The notes under the pieces were generated by a model. It worked only from the letters and a program-made list of their open reading frames with translations. It ran no database searches and had not been told where the DNA came from. Shown here piece after piece: positions 8,898-19,251 of a stretch of 32,272 nucleotides of DNA. Location of the stretch: positions 1-32,272 of IMG/VR virus record IMGVR_UViG_2778261667_000010, one strand, 5' to 3'. The position numbers were made by a program, and so were the translations under genes. Numbering within the stretch: the stretch's first letter is position 1; every line of letters begins with the position of its first letter. Source of the DNA: a virus. Its lineage: Duplodnaviria; Heunggongvirae; Uroviricota; Caudoviricetes.

Positions 8898-11419
8898 TAA
8901 ATACTCCCTGCGTTATACCATGTGCCATTAATACAATACTGAACAGGTCTTGCCTGCGCGATATCAATTAATTCATCAGTATTACTATTGACAACACCAG
9001 TAAGAACATGCCCTGACCTGTCATGCCAGCCAGTACCATTCCACGTTGGAAGGGATGACAAACCACCTAAGCGAATACCTGTAATAAAACGTGAATTACA
9101 TTCCGCCTTGGTATAAGCGCCAATATCACCTGGCGATGGTTTATGAGCTGTCGTATAAATTTGCGCCCATCCAGACCATTGAGCATCATCTGTATCCCGC
9201 CTTGAACGGATATATGCTGGCGCGTAACCTCCACTGGTGCCGCTCCAGCCGATAAGTAATTCACCTTCTCCAACTGCGGACACCCCCGTAAGATGAAGCA
9301 CATTGCCATAGGCGTAAGGGTAGCCATTGTTATATGCCTCATACATCTGAATACCAGGCGTCCCCTTTGCACTCCCGCTTAATGCTGTGACGCGATTCCG
9401 GGATACCAGCGTATTAATATTTATATCGCCGGTGCCATCAAATTTGACACTATTAATATTTCGTGCCGTTTTCAGCTTTGTAGCTGTAGCAGCATTGCCG
9501 GACAGTTCGCCTGAAAGACCGGCGCTGAAGGTTTGTTTCGCCGCCCATGTCTGAGCTTCGTCGATAATTGGCACACGTCTTGTCGTGATCGTGCGGCTTC
9601 CCGGATTTCCTGAAATACGCACCATAAAAAAGCGGTAGTTCGCTTTACTTACAGTGCTGCGCCACACATGCATTGAGCGCCCCGTACCGGAATCATCACT
9701 CGGACCGACTGAGATGTTTATCAGGTTGCCATCAATGACGCCCCAGTCCATACCGTCGGGAATATTGGCCATGTTATCAAGCCGAACGGTTATCAGACTA
9801 CCCGGCACAAAGTCGTAGGTCTGCCAGTCCAGACTGGATAATTTTGCCACTGCGCCACCGATGCCCAGATTCAGGGGAAGTGAATACGAGGTGTAGACTT
9901 CCCGCCATTCGCTCCACGAACTGCCGGTATAGACGCGCTCAAACGTGCGACCTTTCGTTGTCGTTCCTGTCCCTGTAGTGGTATAGCGTTGCAATACAGC
10001 AACGTAATCAAAACGTCTGATAACCTCTAACACCCCTAGTAGTGTTGCACCAGATGAATCCAGCAATGGACCATTGGTTGCTTTACCCGTCACACTGTAA
10101 ATACCAGGGTCGGTTAGATCATTCAAATCACCGTCATAAAAGCTGCTTGCAGTCTGGCTGCCGATTCTCAGCCACGGTTCCCACTGTGGGTTTGATGCAT
10201 CCCAGTTTGCAGCAAGGCAGCGGACATACATGTTCCCACGGCGAGTGGTATAACGCTGGGTATAACTGAATCCACCACCTTTCATAACTTCAAGCACTCC
10301 CTGCGCGTAACTACCAGCTTCGGGATAGTGCAACGCAAGAGAAGCTAACGTACTGGAACTGTTTCTCCATGTACCCAGGTTATCCTCCCCGGCCAGAAAA
10401 TCGAGATCCATACTGTCATCCAGCGTTCTGGCCGTCCCCTGAACGTTACGCCATACGCTCCACGGACCATCTTTGCCGTTCCATTTAGCCGTCAGGTGGC
10501 GAATATAAGTATTTCCATTGCGAACAGTGTAACGCTGTGTTCCGTTAAAATTTCCTGCTGCAAATACTTCCAGGACACCAACGGCATTCTCTTCCGGGAA
10601 GTGTTTGGCTATCTGTGCATTAGTCGAAGTGCCTTTTGACCATGTACCCAGATAAGCTTTAACGGGACCAAATGTATTCAGATCAGCATCAACCGGCATT
10701 TCGCCGTTGTTTTTCATAAACGTCAGGCTGGTAACGCCAACATTGTCCAGAAAAGCGTCCTTATCTGGAATATCGCCACCGTTCTGGTCTTTCTGCAGAC
10801 GTTTCTCAGCATTGTCATAGGCTGCTTTTACTGCCTTTGGCGTTGCAGCCTGCTTTTCACTGGTGCTGTTTGTTGCACTGCTTAACTGAGTAAAACCTTT
10901 CTCTGTCAGCGTGGCGTCAGGATGGCGGCGGGACTGCTCATGCTCTGCGATTTTGTCATCGACGTAATCCTGCGTCGCCATCACCGTGCTGGCATCAATA
11001 CTCAGCTCAACGGACGCCACGTTGCTGAGAATAATCACCATGCAGCAGGTCTGCGCACGTCCGGAGCCTTCAGCCAGTTCTGGCTTATAGCTTTCTGCCA
11101 TGTTGGATACCGCAATCAGTGTTCCGGCATCGTCATACAAACCAAGCTCACGCATCCAGAAGCCGCCCACTTCGGGCGGTACAACCAGTTCAGCCACGAT
11201 ATAGTTTTTATTCTTGTTATCCACGCTGACTTTATTCAGAGCGTGACGCCAGACCTCATGCACCAGTTTCGTCTGACCGGCATCCGGCACCGGCAATTTG
11301 CCATTACCGTCACCCACGGCCATTGCAGACAGGTTTACTTTTTTCCCGCCGGGGACAGTGGCGGCAGCCAGCTTTGCGGCTCCGGCAGTAGTGATAACGG
11401 TTTTAAATTTCGTGCTCAT
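8897..11419 (-). CDS. H: tail fibre protein gpH, elongated mosaic variant (840 aa)
   Basis: N-terminal 200 aa P2 H-like ([25 protein letters not shown]...); central three-fold repeat and divergent C-terminal receptor-binding region; ATG at 11417-11419. Confidence 0.9.
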   Translation of the reverse strand: MSTKFKTVITTAGAAKLAAATVPGGKKVNLSAMAVGDGNGKLPVPDAGQTKLVHEVWRHALNKVSVDNKNKNYIVAELVVPPEVGGFWMRELGLYDDAGTLIAVSNMAESYKPELAEGSGRAQTCCMVIILSNVASVELSIDASTVMATQDYVDDKIAEHEQSRRHPDATLTEKGFTQLSSATNSTSEKQAATPKAVKAAYDNAEKRLQKDQNGGDIPDKDAFLDNVGVTSLTFMKNNGEMPVDADLNTFGPVKAYLGTWSKGTSTNAQIAKHFPEENAVGVLEVFAAGNFNGTQRYTVRNGNTYIRHLTAKWNGKDGPWSVWRNVQGTARTLDDSMDLDFLAGEDNLGTWRNSSSTLASLALHYPEAGSYAQGVLEVMKGGGFSYTQRYTTRRGNMYVRCLAANWDASNPQWEPWLRIGSQTASSFYDGDLNDLTDPGIYSVTGKATNGPLLDSSGATLLGVLEVIRRFDYVAVLQRYTTTGTGTTTKGRTFERVYTGSSWSEWREVYTSYSLPLNLGIGGAVAKLSSLDWQTYDFVPGSLITVRLDNMANIPDGMDWGVIDGNLINISVGPSDDSGTGRSMHVWRSTVSKANYRFFMVRISGNPGSRTITTRRVPIIDEAQTWAAKQTFSAGLSGELSGNAATATKLKTARNINSVKFDGTGDININTLVSRNRVTALSGSAKGTPGIQMYEAYNNGYPYAYGNVLHLTGVSAVGEGELLIGWSGTSGGYAPAYIRSRRDTDDAQWSGWAQIYTTAHKPSPGDIGAYTKAECNSRFITGIRLGGLSSLPTWNGTGWHDRSGHVLTGVVNSNTDELIDIAQARPVQYCINGTWYNAGSI

Positions 11420-11429
11420 TGTTTCTCAC

Positions 11430-11960
11430 TTATCCGGGATAAACAGTAATAACATCACCATCACAGACCACACCGCCTGTATACAGATAGCCGGGAATGT
11501 CCTGGATAATGTTCAGACCGATAAGGTGGCGACTTGCGGGTTTGGCATCGGCAATCAGCCGCTCCATTTCCAGATACATCTCCTCCGTGATGCCGCTTTC
11601 CAGCACACCGATATCAAGGCGAAAGGTTCCGGGCGGGTCGTTTGTCTCCCACCATTCCTTTACGTTAATGAGATAGCCGAGCGGCTCCACCACACGCCGG
11701 ATTGCGCCTATAGTGCCTTTATGACAGTGGATGAAATAGGCATCGCGAATAACGGCGCGTTTTGTCGCTTCCGGCCACTTTTCATCCCACCTGTCGACCG
11801 AAAACGCCCACGCCAGCCACGGCAGCAGATTTGCCGGACAGGTATCCGGGTTCCACAGCTCACGAATACTGACCGGCGTTTTTTCAATTTCCGCACAGGC
11901 TTTTGCAGCGGCGACCTCAAGTGGTGATGAGCCGGTCGGCAGCAGTCGCGAATCACTCAT
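11430..11960 (-). CDS. I: baseplate assembly protein gpI (176 aa)
   Basis: Length and synteny match P2 gpI; overlaps J end. Confidence 0.9.
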   Translation of the reverse strand: MSDSRLLPTGSSPLEVAAAKACAEIEKTPVSIRELWNPDTCPANLLPWLAWAFSVDRWDEKWPEATKRAVIRDAYFIHCHKGTIGAIRRVVEPLGYLINVKEWWETNDPPGTFRLDIGVLESGITEEMYLEMERLIADAKPASRHLIGLNIIQDIPGYLYTGGVVCDGDVITVYPG

Positions 11961-12861
11961 CCGAGCCTCCGGTCACGACGCGGTATTCGGTACAGAAAGA
12001 CGCCTGCGTATTGTTGAGCACGATGTCGGCCAGCGGTGCAGCCAGTTCGACACGCTGCACGCCTTCCACATGTAAAGCGGCATAAATGGCAGACAGACGG
12101 ATGTCACGCCCCAGCCGGTGCTGTGCCGTGATATACGCTTCCAGTTTTTTCACGGCGGCAGCGCGGATGGGTTCGCTTTCGGGACCAGGGTAAAGGTAAA
12201 GCGTGGCGTTTATCTGGTATTCAACGATGGCGGCAGACTGCACGGTCACGCGGTCGGCCACCGGCCTGACGTCCTCGCCATTAAGGGCGTTACGCACCAC
12301 AGCCAGCAGGTCTTCGGATGCGACGCCGTTATTTTCACGTGACAGCACAGAGATGGTGACACAGGCCGGAGACGGACTGGTGACAGAGATATCCGCGACA
12401 CGCCCGTCCGCACTGCGACCATGATACTGATAGGCACCTACCGACCCGGCGACGCTTAAACCTTCAAACGCCTGCTGAATACGCAGACGATAATCGGTGT
12501 CAGATTCCATCACTGCCGGTGTCGGCGGGATGGTCGAATCATCTGCCGGGGTGATAATCAGGCGCGTGGTGTTGTAATTGGCACCAATCACATCAAGGTC
12601 ATTACCGGTGGCACAGGCCAGCATCACCGCCCGTGCGGCCTCATTCACACGCTGACGCCAGATAAGCTCACGATAAGCATTTTCCTCCAGCAGTTTGACG
12701 AGAGGCTCGGATTCCAGCGTCAGGGTACGGGCGACCGCCTCCTGCTGATCTTCCGGGTAAAGGGAAATCAGTGTCGCCTTGCGTTCGGCGAGAATGGTTT
12801 CAAAGTCCAGCTCCTCGACCACATCCGGTGCGGGTAGCTGGTTCAGGTCGATAATCGGCAT
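11953..12861 (-). CDS. J: baseplate assembly protein gpJ (302 aa)
   Basis: Length and synteny match P2 gpJ. Confidence 0.9.
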   Translation of the reverse strand: MPIIDLNQLPAPDVVEELDFETILAERKATLISLYPEDQQEAVARTLTLESEPLVKLLEENAYRELIWRQRVNEAARAVMLACATGNDLDVIGANYNTTRLIITPADDSTIPPTPAVMESDTDYRLRIQQAFEGLSVAGSVGAYQYHGRSADGRVADISVTSPSPACVTISVLSRENNGVASEDLLAVVRNALNGEDVRPVADRVTVQSAAIVEYQINATLYLYPGPESEPIRAAAVKKLEAYITAQHRLGRDIRLSAIYAALHVEGVQRVELAAPLADIVLNNTQASFCTEYRVVTGGSDE

Positions 12862-12865
12862 GGTT

Positions 12866-13213
12866 TCAACTCACAGGGATGGTTAACGAAAGTGGCTGAC
12901 CGGTGTCGTTGTGCTGACCGGTTAACGTGACCGTCATTCGCCCGTCAAAACTGCGCGCCGTGGTGACGGATGACAGGGTGACGCGGGGTTCCCATTTCAG
13001 CACCGCCATGTAACAGGCGACCTTAATCTGCAACTCAAGCGCCGGGGTCTGCGGCTGGTCAATCATTGACGCCAGCAACGAGCCGTAATCACGACGCATC
13101 ACCCGTGAGCCGACCGGTGTACGCAGGATATCGCCGATACTCTGGCTGATATGCTCAAGGTCAGTGACAGTCAGGCCATCACTGCGACTCATTCCGAGAT
13201 AACGCGCTGTCAT
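12866..13213 (-). CDS. W: baseplate protein gpW (115 aa)
   Basis: Length and synteny match P2 gpW; 4-nt overlap with V. Confidence 0.9.
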   Translation of the reverse strand: MTARYLGMSRSDGLTVTDLEHISQSIGDILRTPVGSRVMRRDYGSLLASMIDQPQTPALELQIKVACYMAVLKWEPRVTLSSVTTARSFDGRMTVTLTGQHNDTGQPLSLTIPVS

Positions 13214-13845
13214 AAAGGACTCCCGGTTGTGCCGCCGCTGTCGCCGGGGTGTTTATGGGTATGCAGTACCTTACCGTTTGATGAAAGTTCACCACCGGTG
13301 TGTTCAATGTTGCCGCGCATCGTCCCGCCCTTCTGCACTTCCAGCGTGCCGGTGATCAGCCTGTTTGTGCAGACCACCTCCGGCGTGTCCAGAGTGACGC
13401 GGGTTGATGCTTTCACCGTGACCACCGGCACCGTGGCAGTAACAGAATCAGAAGCCGTCACGCTGGCCGTTTTAATTCCGCTTACCGTGAGTGCACTGGT
13501 TTCAGGTTCATACTCAATCACCGCCCCGTCAGGGAAACGGATATGCAGGGCATCCGCCGACGCAGACGGCGCGGGGTTATCGCCGGAATAAATCCCCGGC
13601 AGAACGAACGCCGTGTCGAGTTCACCGCCCACGGCCAGAATCAGCACCTGTTCCCCCACGGAAGGTGCCCACCATGTGCGCGAACGTCCTGCGCGATGGG
13701 TCAGCCACTGAAGCCAGTCGGTGCACATACCGCCGGTCTGCACACGGCAGCGACCGGCGTTAAGGTCGGTTTCGACGATAATGCCGGTGCGGATCATGTT
13801 GCGCAGTGCGCGCGCGAGTTCCTGAATATTTGCGAGAGTGTTCAT
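13210..13845 (-). CDS. V: baseplate spike protein gpV (211 aa)
   Basis: Length and synteny match P2 gpV. Confidence 0.9.
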   Translation of the reverse strand: MNTLANIQELARALRNMIRTGIIVETDLNAGRCRVQTGGMCTDWLQWLTHRAGRSRTWWAPSVGEQVLILAVGGELDTAFVLPGIYSGDNPAPSASADALHIRFPDGAVIEYEPETSALTVSGIKTASVTASDSVTATVPVVTVKASTRVTLDTPEVVCTNRLITGTLEVQKGGTMRGNIEHTGGELSSNGKVLHTHKHPGDSGGTTGSPL

Positions 13846-13856
13846 AACGGGAAGGA

Positions 13857-13880
13857 TGCCGCCGGGTCATACCGGCGGCA
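13857..13880 (-). terminator. GC-rich 9-bp stem-loop between S and V, possible operon boundary before the V late promoter
   Basis: TGCCGCCGG-GTCATA-CCGGCGGCA read directly; no clean U-tract, so terminator function is uncertain. Confidence 0.3.
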
Positions 13881-13911
13881 ATGTGACGATGAGGTGTCAG
13901 GAATGGCACAA

Positions 13912-14364
13912 CTAACGGTCGAGGTGAGCAAGGATAATCTCTTCAATCATCTGCACATCCTCACCGGTAAAGCCGAGCAGAGGACGCGCCGGATAATCAA
14001 TTTTCTTACCGTCTTTCCGGTTTTCTTCCGACAGGCCGAACTGATGCACACTGGCGATTTTCGGTGACTTTCCGCCGTAAAACTCCATTGATGCCTGTTC
14101 AGGGCTGGCGCGGATATGCAAAAAACGACTGGTGATAAGTTTCGCAAACATTTTTCGCTTAACGCGACCGGTCTTTTTTCTGGCGCTCTGCTGCTGGCGT
14201 GGCGCGTAGGGTGTGCCGTCCGGAGCTTTCTGTGCCATCACCCGGCGCTGCTGACTCTGACGCAGACGTTTCGCCAGTTCGGCGCTCAGTCGCCGACGCC
14301 CTGACGGTGACAGCGATTCAATAAGTCCCGCCAGCCGGTCTTCAAAACGCTTAAACTCATTCAT
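13912..14364 (-). CDS. S: tail completion protein gpS (150 aa)
   Basis: Length and synteny match P2 gpS. Confidence 0.9.
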   Translation of the reverse strand: MNEFKRFEDRLAGLIESLSPSGRRRLSAELAKRLRQSQQRRVMAQKAPDGTPYAPRQQQSARKKTGRVKRKMFAKLITSRFLHIRASPEQASMEFYGGKSPKIASVHQFGLSEENRKDGKKIDYPARPLLGFTGEDVQMIEEIILAHLDR

Positions 14365-14824
14365 CCCACTTGCTCACCAGTTCGCCATTGATATAAAGCT
14401 CCATCGGGCGGGTGACCGGCTCCGGCGGCGGGGGTTCCGGGATATTCTTCACATGCAGTGCGCCGCCAACCTCACTGACCAGCGTGCGCTCGGTCAGCAT
14501 CAGGCTGATACTGATATCAAAGCTGCTGTCATTGTTGATGTCTGCATAAAACGTGAAGCCCTTTTTCTGGCCTTCGTCGGTGGTCATGATGTCGGGCTGA
14601 TTTTCCCGCAGCCACGCCAGCACCGGCACAATGAGCAGGTCAAAATCACCGGTAAAGTCGGTCACAATCACATTGAGCGTGTAACGCTTTTCGAATGACA
14701 ACGACGCCGCCAGTGTGGAGGCAATACTCCCGTTATCCACGAAAATCCGCAGCATCTCGGGACTGGTTTTCAGCACCGTGACGGCATCAGTCAGCGCCCT
14801 GCGCAGGCTGTCGGGTTTGAGCAT
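14357..14824 (-). CDS. R: tail completion protein gpR (155 aa)
   Basis: Length and synteny match P2 gpR. Confidence 0.9.
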   Translation of the reverse strand: MLKPDSLRRALTDAVTVLKTSPEMLRIFVDNGSIASTLAASLSFEKRYTLNVIVTDFTGDFDLLIVPVLAWLRENQPDIMTTDEGQKKGFTFYADINNDSSFDISISLMLTERTLVSEVGGALHVKNIPEPPPPEPVTRPMELYINGELVSKWDE

Positions 14825-15077
14825 CGTTTTCGTCCTGACAGTGTTTAATCATTTTTACCTGGCTGGCACAGCGTGCCAGCGCGTTCTCAAGCTGCCGGAT
14901 ATCGGCACTTAAATCGCCGTTCGTCTGCGGGTCACTGCCCGGCATCGGGCAAAGGCTCACTTTCGGGCAGGCGTTGGCGACAATCACTGGCGTCAGTGCA
15001 GGCCGGACGCTGGTGCAACCGGCGCACAGCATCAGGCAGGTCAGCGCCATACCAGCGGCGAAAATCCTCGTTTTCAT
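14787..15077 (-). CDS. lysC: LysC, Rz1-like outer-membrane lipoprotein spanin (96 aa), embedded in lysB and overlapping R
   Basis: Alternate frame inside lysB; starts MKTRIFAAGMALTCLMLCAGC (lipobox LCAGC); ATG at 15075-15077. The track ORF 14787-15194 is an upstream extension. Confidence 0.75.
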   Translation of the reverse strand: MKTRIFAAGMALTCLMLCAGCTSVRPALTPVIVANACPKVSLCPMPGSDPQTNGDLSADIRQLENALARCASQVKMIKHCQDENDAQTRQPAQGAD

Positions 15078-15357
15078 TAAGTAACCTCGTGATGGTTTTC
15101 TCGCGCTGTGCTTCACGTTTCGCGGCGTTCTCCAGTTCCTGACGCAGTGCCACCTGCGCCAGCTCGTTTTTGTCTGCCCTGGTGAGGGCAACATGAAGCT
15201 GATTTTTCAGCATGGTGATGGTCGTCTGCTGTTCACTGGCGACGTTGTTCACCCTGTCCAGCGAGGCGCGCAGGCTGGCGTTTTCATGCTTCACCAGAAA
15301 CAGACCGGCCACCGCCAGCGATAACAACACGACCAGCACAATCATCAGCTTTGACAT
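14932..15357 (-). CDS. lysB: LysB, Rz-like inner-membrane spanin (141 aa)
   Basis: N-terminal transmembrane helix then coiled-coil-like region; P2 lysB length. Confidence 0.85.
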   Translation of the reverse strand: MSKLMIVLVVLLSLAVAGLFLVKHENASLRASLDRVNNVASEQQTTITMLKNQLHVALTRADKNELAQVALRQELENAAKREAQREKTITRLLNENEDFRRWYGADLPDAVRRLHQRPACTDASDCRQRLPESEPLPDAGQ

Positions 15358-15770
15358 AGTTCCCGCTCCTCAAGACGCTGACGACAGGCCGTACGTATCA
15401 GCCGGAAGAACAGCGACGCCACGAGATAAATCAGCGCGGTAAAAATCCACCCGGCAGCGACCAGCGAGATAAACGTCGCCACCATCACCACCAGACCCAC
15501 AGCCCGTCGGCACCACGTTACCGGCTGCAAAAACAGCGACGTGACAATCTTCACGGCCAGCGATTCCGGCGGCAGCTCCCGCCCGTAGCGTTCCAGTACA
15601 TACTCAGTGGCATACACGCCGACACCACCGGCAACCACACAGATAACCGTCGCCAGAATCGCCCAGGCAGCGACAAAACTGACGGCCACGCTCTGCGGGT
15701 AAATCAGGGACAGTGCCAGCATCAGCGCCAGCGACACGTTCAGCATCAGTGAAAGGGATAATTTCTTCAT
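15345..15770 (-). CDS. lysA: LysA, membrane protein of the lysis cassette (141 aa)
   Basis: Multiple hydrophobic helices; P2 lysA length and position. Confidence 0.85.
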   Translation of the reverse strand: MKKLSLSLMLNVSLALMLALSLIYPQSVAVSFVAAWAILATVICVVAGGVGVYATEYVLERYGRELPPESLAVKIVTSLFLQPVTWCRRAVGLVVMVATFISLVAAGWIFTALIYLVASLFFRLIRTACRQRLEERELCQS

Positions 15771-15784
15771 GGTGTTTACTCCGT

Positions 15785-16282
15785 TTAAGCCGGTACGCCG
15801 CCAGCGGTACGCCAGACGGTGACCAGTTTTTCCAGTGAATGCTCACGCTGACCGTAACCGGCACCCGGCAGGGACGCCCAGATATTGCGACAGCGGGAAA
15901 TGGCGCGCTCAATGCGTCCCGCCCGGATGTCATCCAGCGCACCGCGTTCGCGGATCAACTGAATGGCGAGCCTGTCCTGTGACAACGGACTGAAATCCGG
16001 CAGGGCAAGCTGTTTGCGGTAATGCGGCCAGAACAGGTAAAGCTGCTGATAGCGACCGGAGGCCGTGGATTTTTCACCGCGACGGTTAAACACCTTCGCC
16101 GGTCGGCCATGCGCGAACGGGTGGTCACTGTAGTCGGTGAAAATTTCCGGCTTTCCGTCCAGTCCGGTGACTATCACGTCATAGCCCCGGTTTTTCGTCA
16201 GCGGATGGTTCGCCGTCCCTTCGGACACGGCCAGCATGTCGAGAAAGGCGGCGATATTCTGATGCGTGTTAATTACCGGCAT
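15785..16282 (-). CDS. K: endolysin gpK (165 aa)
   Basis: Length and synteny match P2 K; ATG overlaps the Y stop. Confidence 0.9.
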   Translation of the reverse strand: MPVINTHQNIAAFLDMLAVSEGTANHPLTKNRGYDVIVTGLDGKPEIFTDYSDHPFAHGRPAKVFNRRGEKSTASGRYQQLYLFWPHYRKQLALPDFSPLSQDRLAIQLIRERGALDDIRAGRIERAISRCRNIWASLPGAGYGQREHSLEKLVTVWRTAGGVPA

Positions 16283-16563
16283 TACGGTTTCCCCCTGCCC
16301 TTAAAGCGGCGCTGAATGGCAATCTCAATCACCTGATAACCGGCGATACCCAGCATGGAACCGATGCCGCACACCGCAGGCAGTGACAGGTCAGGAAACT
16401 GCACCAGAACAACACCGGCAACCATCGAGACAAAACCACCGAGCAACATGCGCCCGATAAACAGACGCGGGGTGATGGGTTCACCACCGGCAAGCACCTT
16501 GCCGACAACAATCAGCACCCCAATCATGAAAAGCGACAGGACGCTTTTTTCTTCTGCTGTCAT
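16282..16563 (-). CDS. Y: holin gpY (93 aa)
   Basis: 93 aa with hydrophobic transmembrane segments and charged C-terminus (RRFKGRGKP). Confidence 0.9.
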   Translation of the reverse strand: MTAEEKSVLSLFMIGVLIVVGKVLAGGEPITPRLFIGRMLLGGFVSMVAGVVLVQFPDLSLPAVCGIGSMLGIAGYQVIEIAIQRRFKGRGKP

Positions 16564-16566
16564 GCG

Positions 16567-16770
16567 TTACTCCCACAGATTGACAGTTTCAGCCACGGGC
16601 GCGGTCTGAACGTCGGGCAGTTCGACGGCGGTGCCGTGTGGCAGCACCGCACCCAGTTCAGCCAGTCCCGGATTTGCGGCGAGCACGGTCTCAACCACGC
16701 CCTCAGTGCGCCCGTAATACCGGACACAAATGGCGTCGAGCGTGTCGCCCTGTAGCGCAAAGGTCTTCAT
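16567..16770 (-). CDS. X: tail protein gpX (67 aa)
   Basis: MKTFALQGDTLDAICVRYYGRTEG... ; ATG at 16768-16770 overlaps the L stop. The track ORF start is an extension. Confidence 0.85.
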   Translation of the reverse strand: MKTFALQGDTLDAICVRYYGRTEGVVETVLAANPGLAELGAVLPHGTAVELPDVQTAPVAETVNLWE

Positions 16771-17279
16771 CAGATTTGACTCACGATGCAGCGCGGCTTG
16801 TCCTGGATACGCGCCACCGCCCAGCGCATATCCCGCCACAGTTCATCAATGGTGCTGTCAATGCTGTCGGCCTTCTTGTCGCCTTTCGCACTGGCATCCA
16901 CGCCGCGATAACGCTCATAAAGCGACGCGGTCGCCATCGCACACACGGCACGCTCGTAGTAAAAAACTTTGATACTTTCACCGTCGATGTCGTCCGCCGG
17001 AACGTCCGCCAGACGCGTAAAACCGGCGGCAATTTTCTGTTCGCGGTACTCGTACAGCTCCGCATTTGTTTCCGCCATGCCTGACTTGATGGCCTCACGC
17101 AGACGGGCGGGGGCGACGGTCTGCTCAAGGCGCATACGTTCCCGGACGCGCTTCGGGTCGATATCGGGAAAAAAGAACGTGTTTTTAATCACCGGCTCGT
17201 CGCCTGCCGGTTGCGGGATGACCACCGTACCCTCACCGGACACGGGAGCCTCCTTTCGCGGAATAATCAGCGTCATCAT
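16770..17279 (-). CDS. L: head completion protein gpL (169 aa)
   Basis: Starts MMTLIIPRKEAP at ATG 17277-17279; the track start at 17339 is an upstream extension. Confidence 0.85.
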   Translation of the reverse strand: MMTLIIPRKEAPVSGEGTVVIPQPAGDEPVIKNTFFFPDIDPKRVRERMRLEQTVAPARLREAIKSGMAETNAELYEYREQKIAAGFTRLADVPADDIDGESIKVFYYERAVCAMATASLYERYRGVDASAKGDKKADSIDSTIDELWRDMRWAVARIQDKPRCIVSQI

Positions 17280-17378
17280 GACTACCTCTGAAAAGTCGGG
17301 CGGTGGACGCCGGTGCAGTGTCAGGTGATTCACCCTCACTGACCGGCGTGCCGCCCTGGCGCGGGGCGCATTCGGTTG

Positions 17379-18116
17379 TTAACTGGCTTTCTTTTTCGGG
17401 CGTCCACGTTTTGCCGGTGTCGCACTCCGGGTCTTACGCGGGGCGCGGGTGGCCGCTTTTGGCTGCGGCTCCGGTTTCAGCTCCCGCTCCAGTCGTTCAA
17501 TCTCTTTTTTGACGCCTGCCTGACAGTCGAGCTGTGTCGCACGTTGCAGGTGCGCCAGCGCACCTGCGGCATCACCAGCGTCACGCAGAAACAGACCGGT
17601 GATTTTGTGCAGCTTTGCGCGCACTTCATCAGGCATGTCAGCCGTGGCGGTCAGTTCAAGGGTCTCCGTCAGCAGGCGGGTATCCACAGACTCACCGGCA
17701 GCGTGAGCGCGCATGGCCGCGAGCGCCACCTCCTCGGTGAACATGTACGGCGGGGTGCGTCGGTGTTTACCCGGCATGGTCAGACCGTACTTCAGGGCAT
17801 AACGGGCAATCTCCAGCGCACCGGCAATATCGCCGGTATCCAGACGCCACAGCATGACCGTCATCAGAATGTCATCCTGTGCACCTTTGCCCTGGTCCAG
17901 CACGCCGTTCACCCACGGCAACCAGAACGGCAGCAGTTCGCGTTTTTTCGCGGCCTTCAGCTCTTTTGAATAAATCGCTTTCAGTGTGCGCTGGTCTGCG
18001 GCCAGCTTGACCAGCATCTGCTCATAGACAGTTGCATGTCGCAGCGGGGCGGCTTCCCGCTGCGCGGTCATCGCTGCCGAGACCCGCATCATGTGGCGCT
18101 GTGCGGGACTCGTCAT
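17379..18116 (-). CDS. M: terminase small/endonuclease subunit gpM (245 aa)
   Basis: Length and synteny match P2 M; basic C-terminal tail. Confidence 0.9.
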   Translation of the reverse strand: MTSPAQRHMMRVSAAMTAQREAAPLRHATVYEQMLVKLAADQRTLKAIYSKELKAAKKRELLPFWLPWVNGVLDQGKGAQDDILMTVMLWRLDTGDIAGALEIARYALKYGLTMPGKHRRTPPYMFTEEVALAAMRAHAAGESVDTRLLTETLELTATADMPDEVRAKLHKITGLFLRDAGDAAGALAHLQRATQLDCQAGVKKEIERLERELKPEPQPKAATRAPRKTRSATPAKRGRPKKKAS

Positions 18117-18119
18117 CGG

Positions 18120-19193
18120 TTACGCTCCCGGCTCTGCGGTCGCTTTAGCCGGTGTGGAGAAATCACCGACCTTGATTTTTTCCACCAGACAACCGGCGGC
18201 GTAGTCTTCCACCACGTAATCAATGTTCATTGACTCGTAGTTCTCCACGCGGTCGAGTTTCGGGTTTTCCTCAATCACGCGGCGATGGCTGTCATCCATG
18301 TAGTAGATGGACAGGTTTTCCAGCTTCGTGATGAGCATCGCATCCGCCGGGAAGTACGGGACGCGTACCGCCGGCAGGTTACCGATGCGTTTCTGGCTGA
18401 TGATGACGTCAGCGGCCAGCATCTCGCTGTTATCCTGCTCCCTGTTGACGATAGGGAAATACTTGTCCGCCAGTAGCTGACGCCCCACAATCACCACAAG
18501 GTCAGGGTCTTCCTGATACCAAGGTTCAATCAGGTTGTTGGTCGCATCCATCACCAGTGCATCGAGGCTTACATAATCACCGCCCTTACCCACGCGGATG
18601 ACCTCAGAGGTGGTGCGGCCTTCCTCGTCAGTGACCTTGCTCATCACGCGCGCCGGGGCTTCATTGCGGTATTTCTGCAGCCAGCCGACCGCCACATCCT
18701 GCAGCATCGGATTGCTGCTGCGGTCAGAGGTTTCGGCACGCTTCACGCCGTTAAAACCGGCCATGATGAAATCAAGGGACTGGCGTTTGATAATGGCGTT
18801 ACGGATACGGAGCTGGAAATCCTGATAACGCGCCCACAGGTCCAGCGTTTTGTAGCGGATATAAAAATCGAAGTTAATCTGGTCGCATTCGTACTTGTTT
18901 GACGCCAGCTTCGAGAAGTCCTTCGGCTGACGCTCGGTGCCACCGGCGGTGTCGGTGGTGCTGGCGATGGAGCCGGTGACACCGATGCCAATTTTTTCCC
19001 CTTTCATTTCGCTGACCGGCACAATATTGATGCGGGTCAGAAAGTCAGAGGACTCCTGCATGGTGTTCATCAGGGTCTGGGTGACCGACGGTTCAACGGT
19101 GAATTTTTTCGACACATCACCGGCGTCGATGCCGTTCAGCTCGGCAACACGGGACAGGTAGGCATTAAATTTAAAGCGGGTTTCCTGGCGCAT
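18120..19193 (-). CDS. N: major capsid protein gpN (357 aa)
   Basis: Length and synteny match P2 N. Confidence 0.9.
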   Translation of the reverse strand: MRQETRFKFNAYLSRVAELNGIDAGDVSKKFTVEPSVTQTLMNTMQESSDFLTRINIVPVSEMKGEKIGIGVTGSIASTTDTAGGTERQPKDFSKLASNKYECDQINFDFYIRYKTLDLWARYQDFQLRIRNAIIKRQSLDFIMAGFNGVKRAETSDRSSNPMLQDVAVGWLQKYRNEAPARVMSKVTDEEGRTTSEVIRVGKGGDYVSLDALVMDATNNLIEPWYQEDPDLVVIVGRQLLADKYFPIVNREQDNSEMLAADVIISQKRIGNLPAVRVPYFPADAMLITKLENLSIYYMDDSHRRVIEENPKLDRVENYESMNIDYVVEDYAAGCLVEKIKVGDFSTPAKATAEPGA

Positions 19194-19251
19194 AGTTTTT
19201 CCTGAAATTAAGGGTTAATCGTGAAGGTTTTCCCGGACTGACTGACGCCGG

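Noticed and set aside
9067-9372. 101-aa ORF in an alternate frame inside H
   Set aside because: Fully embedded in H on the same strand in a different frame, no start context or motif; treated as a chance ORF.
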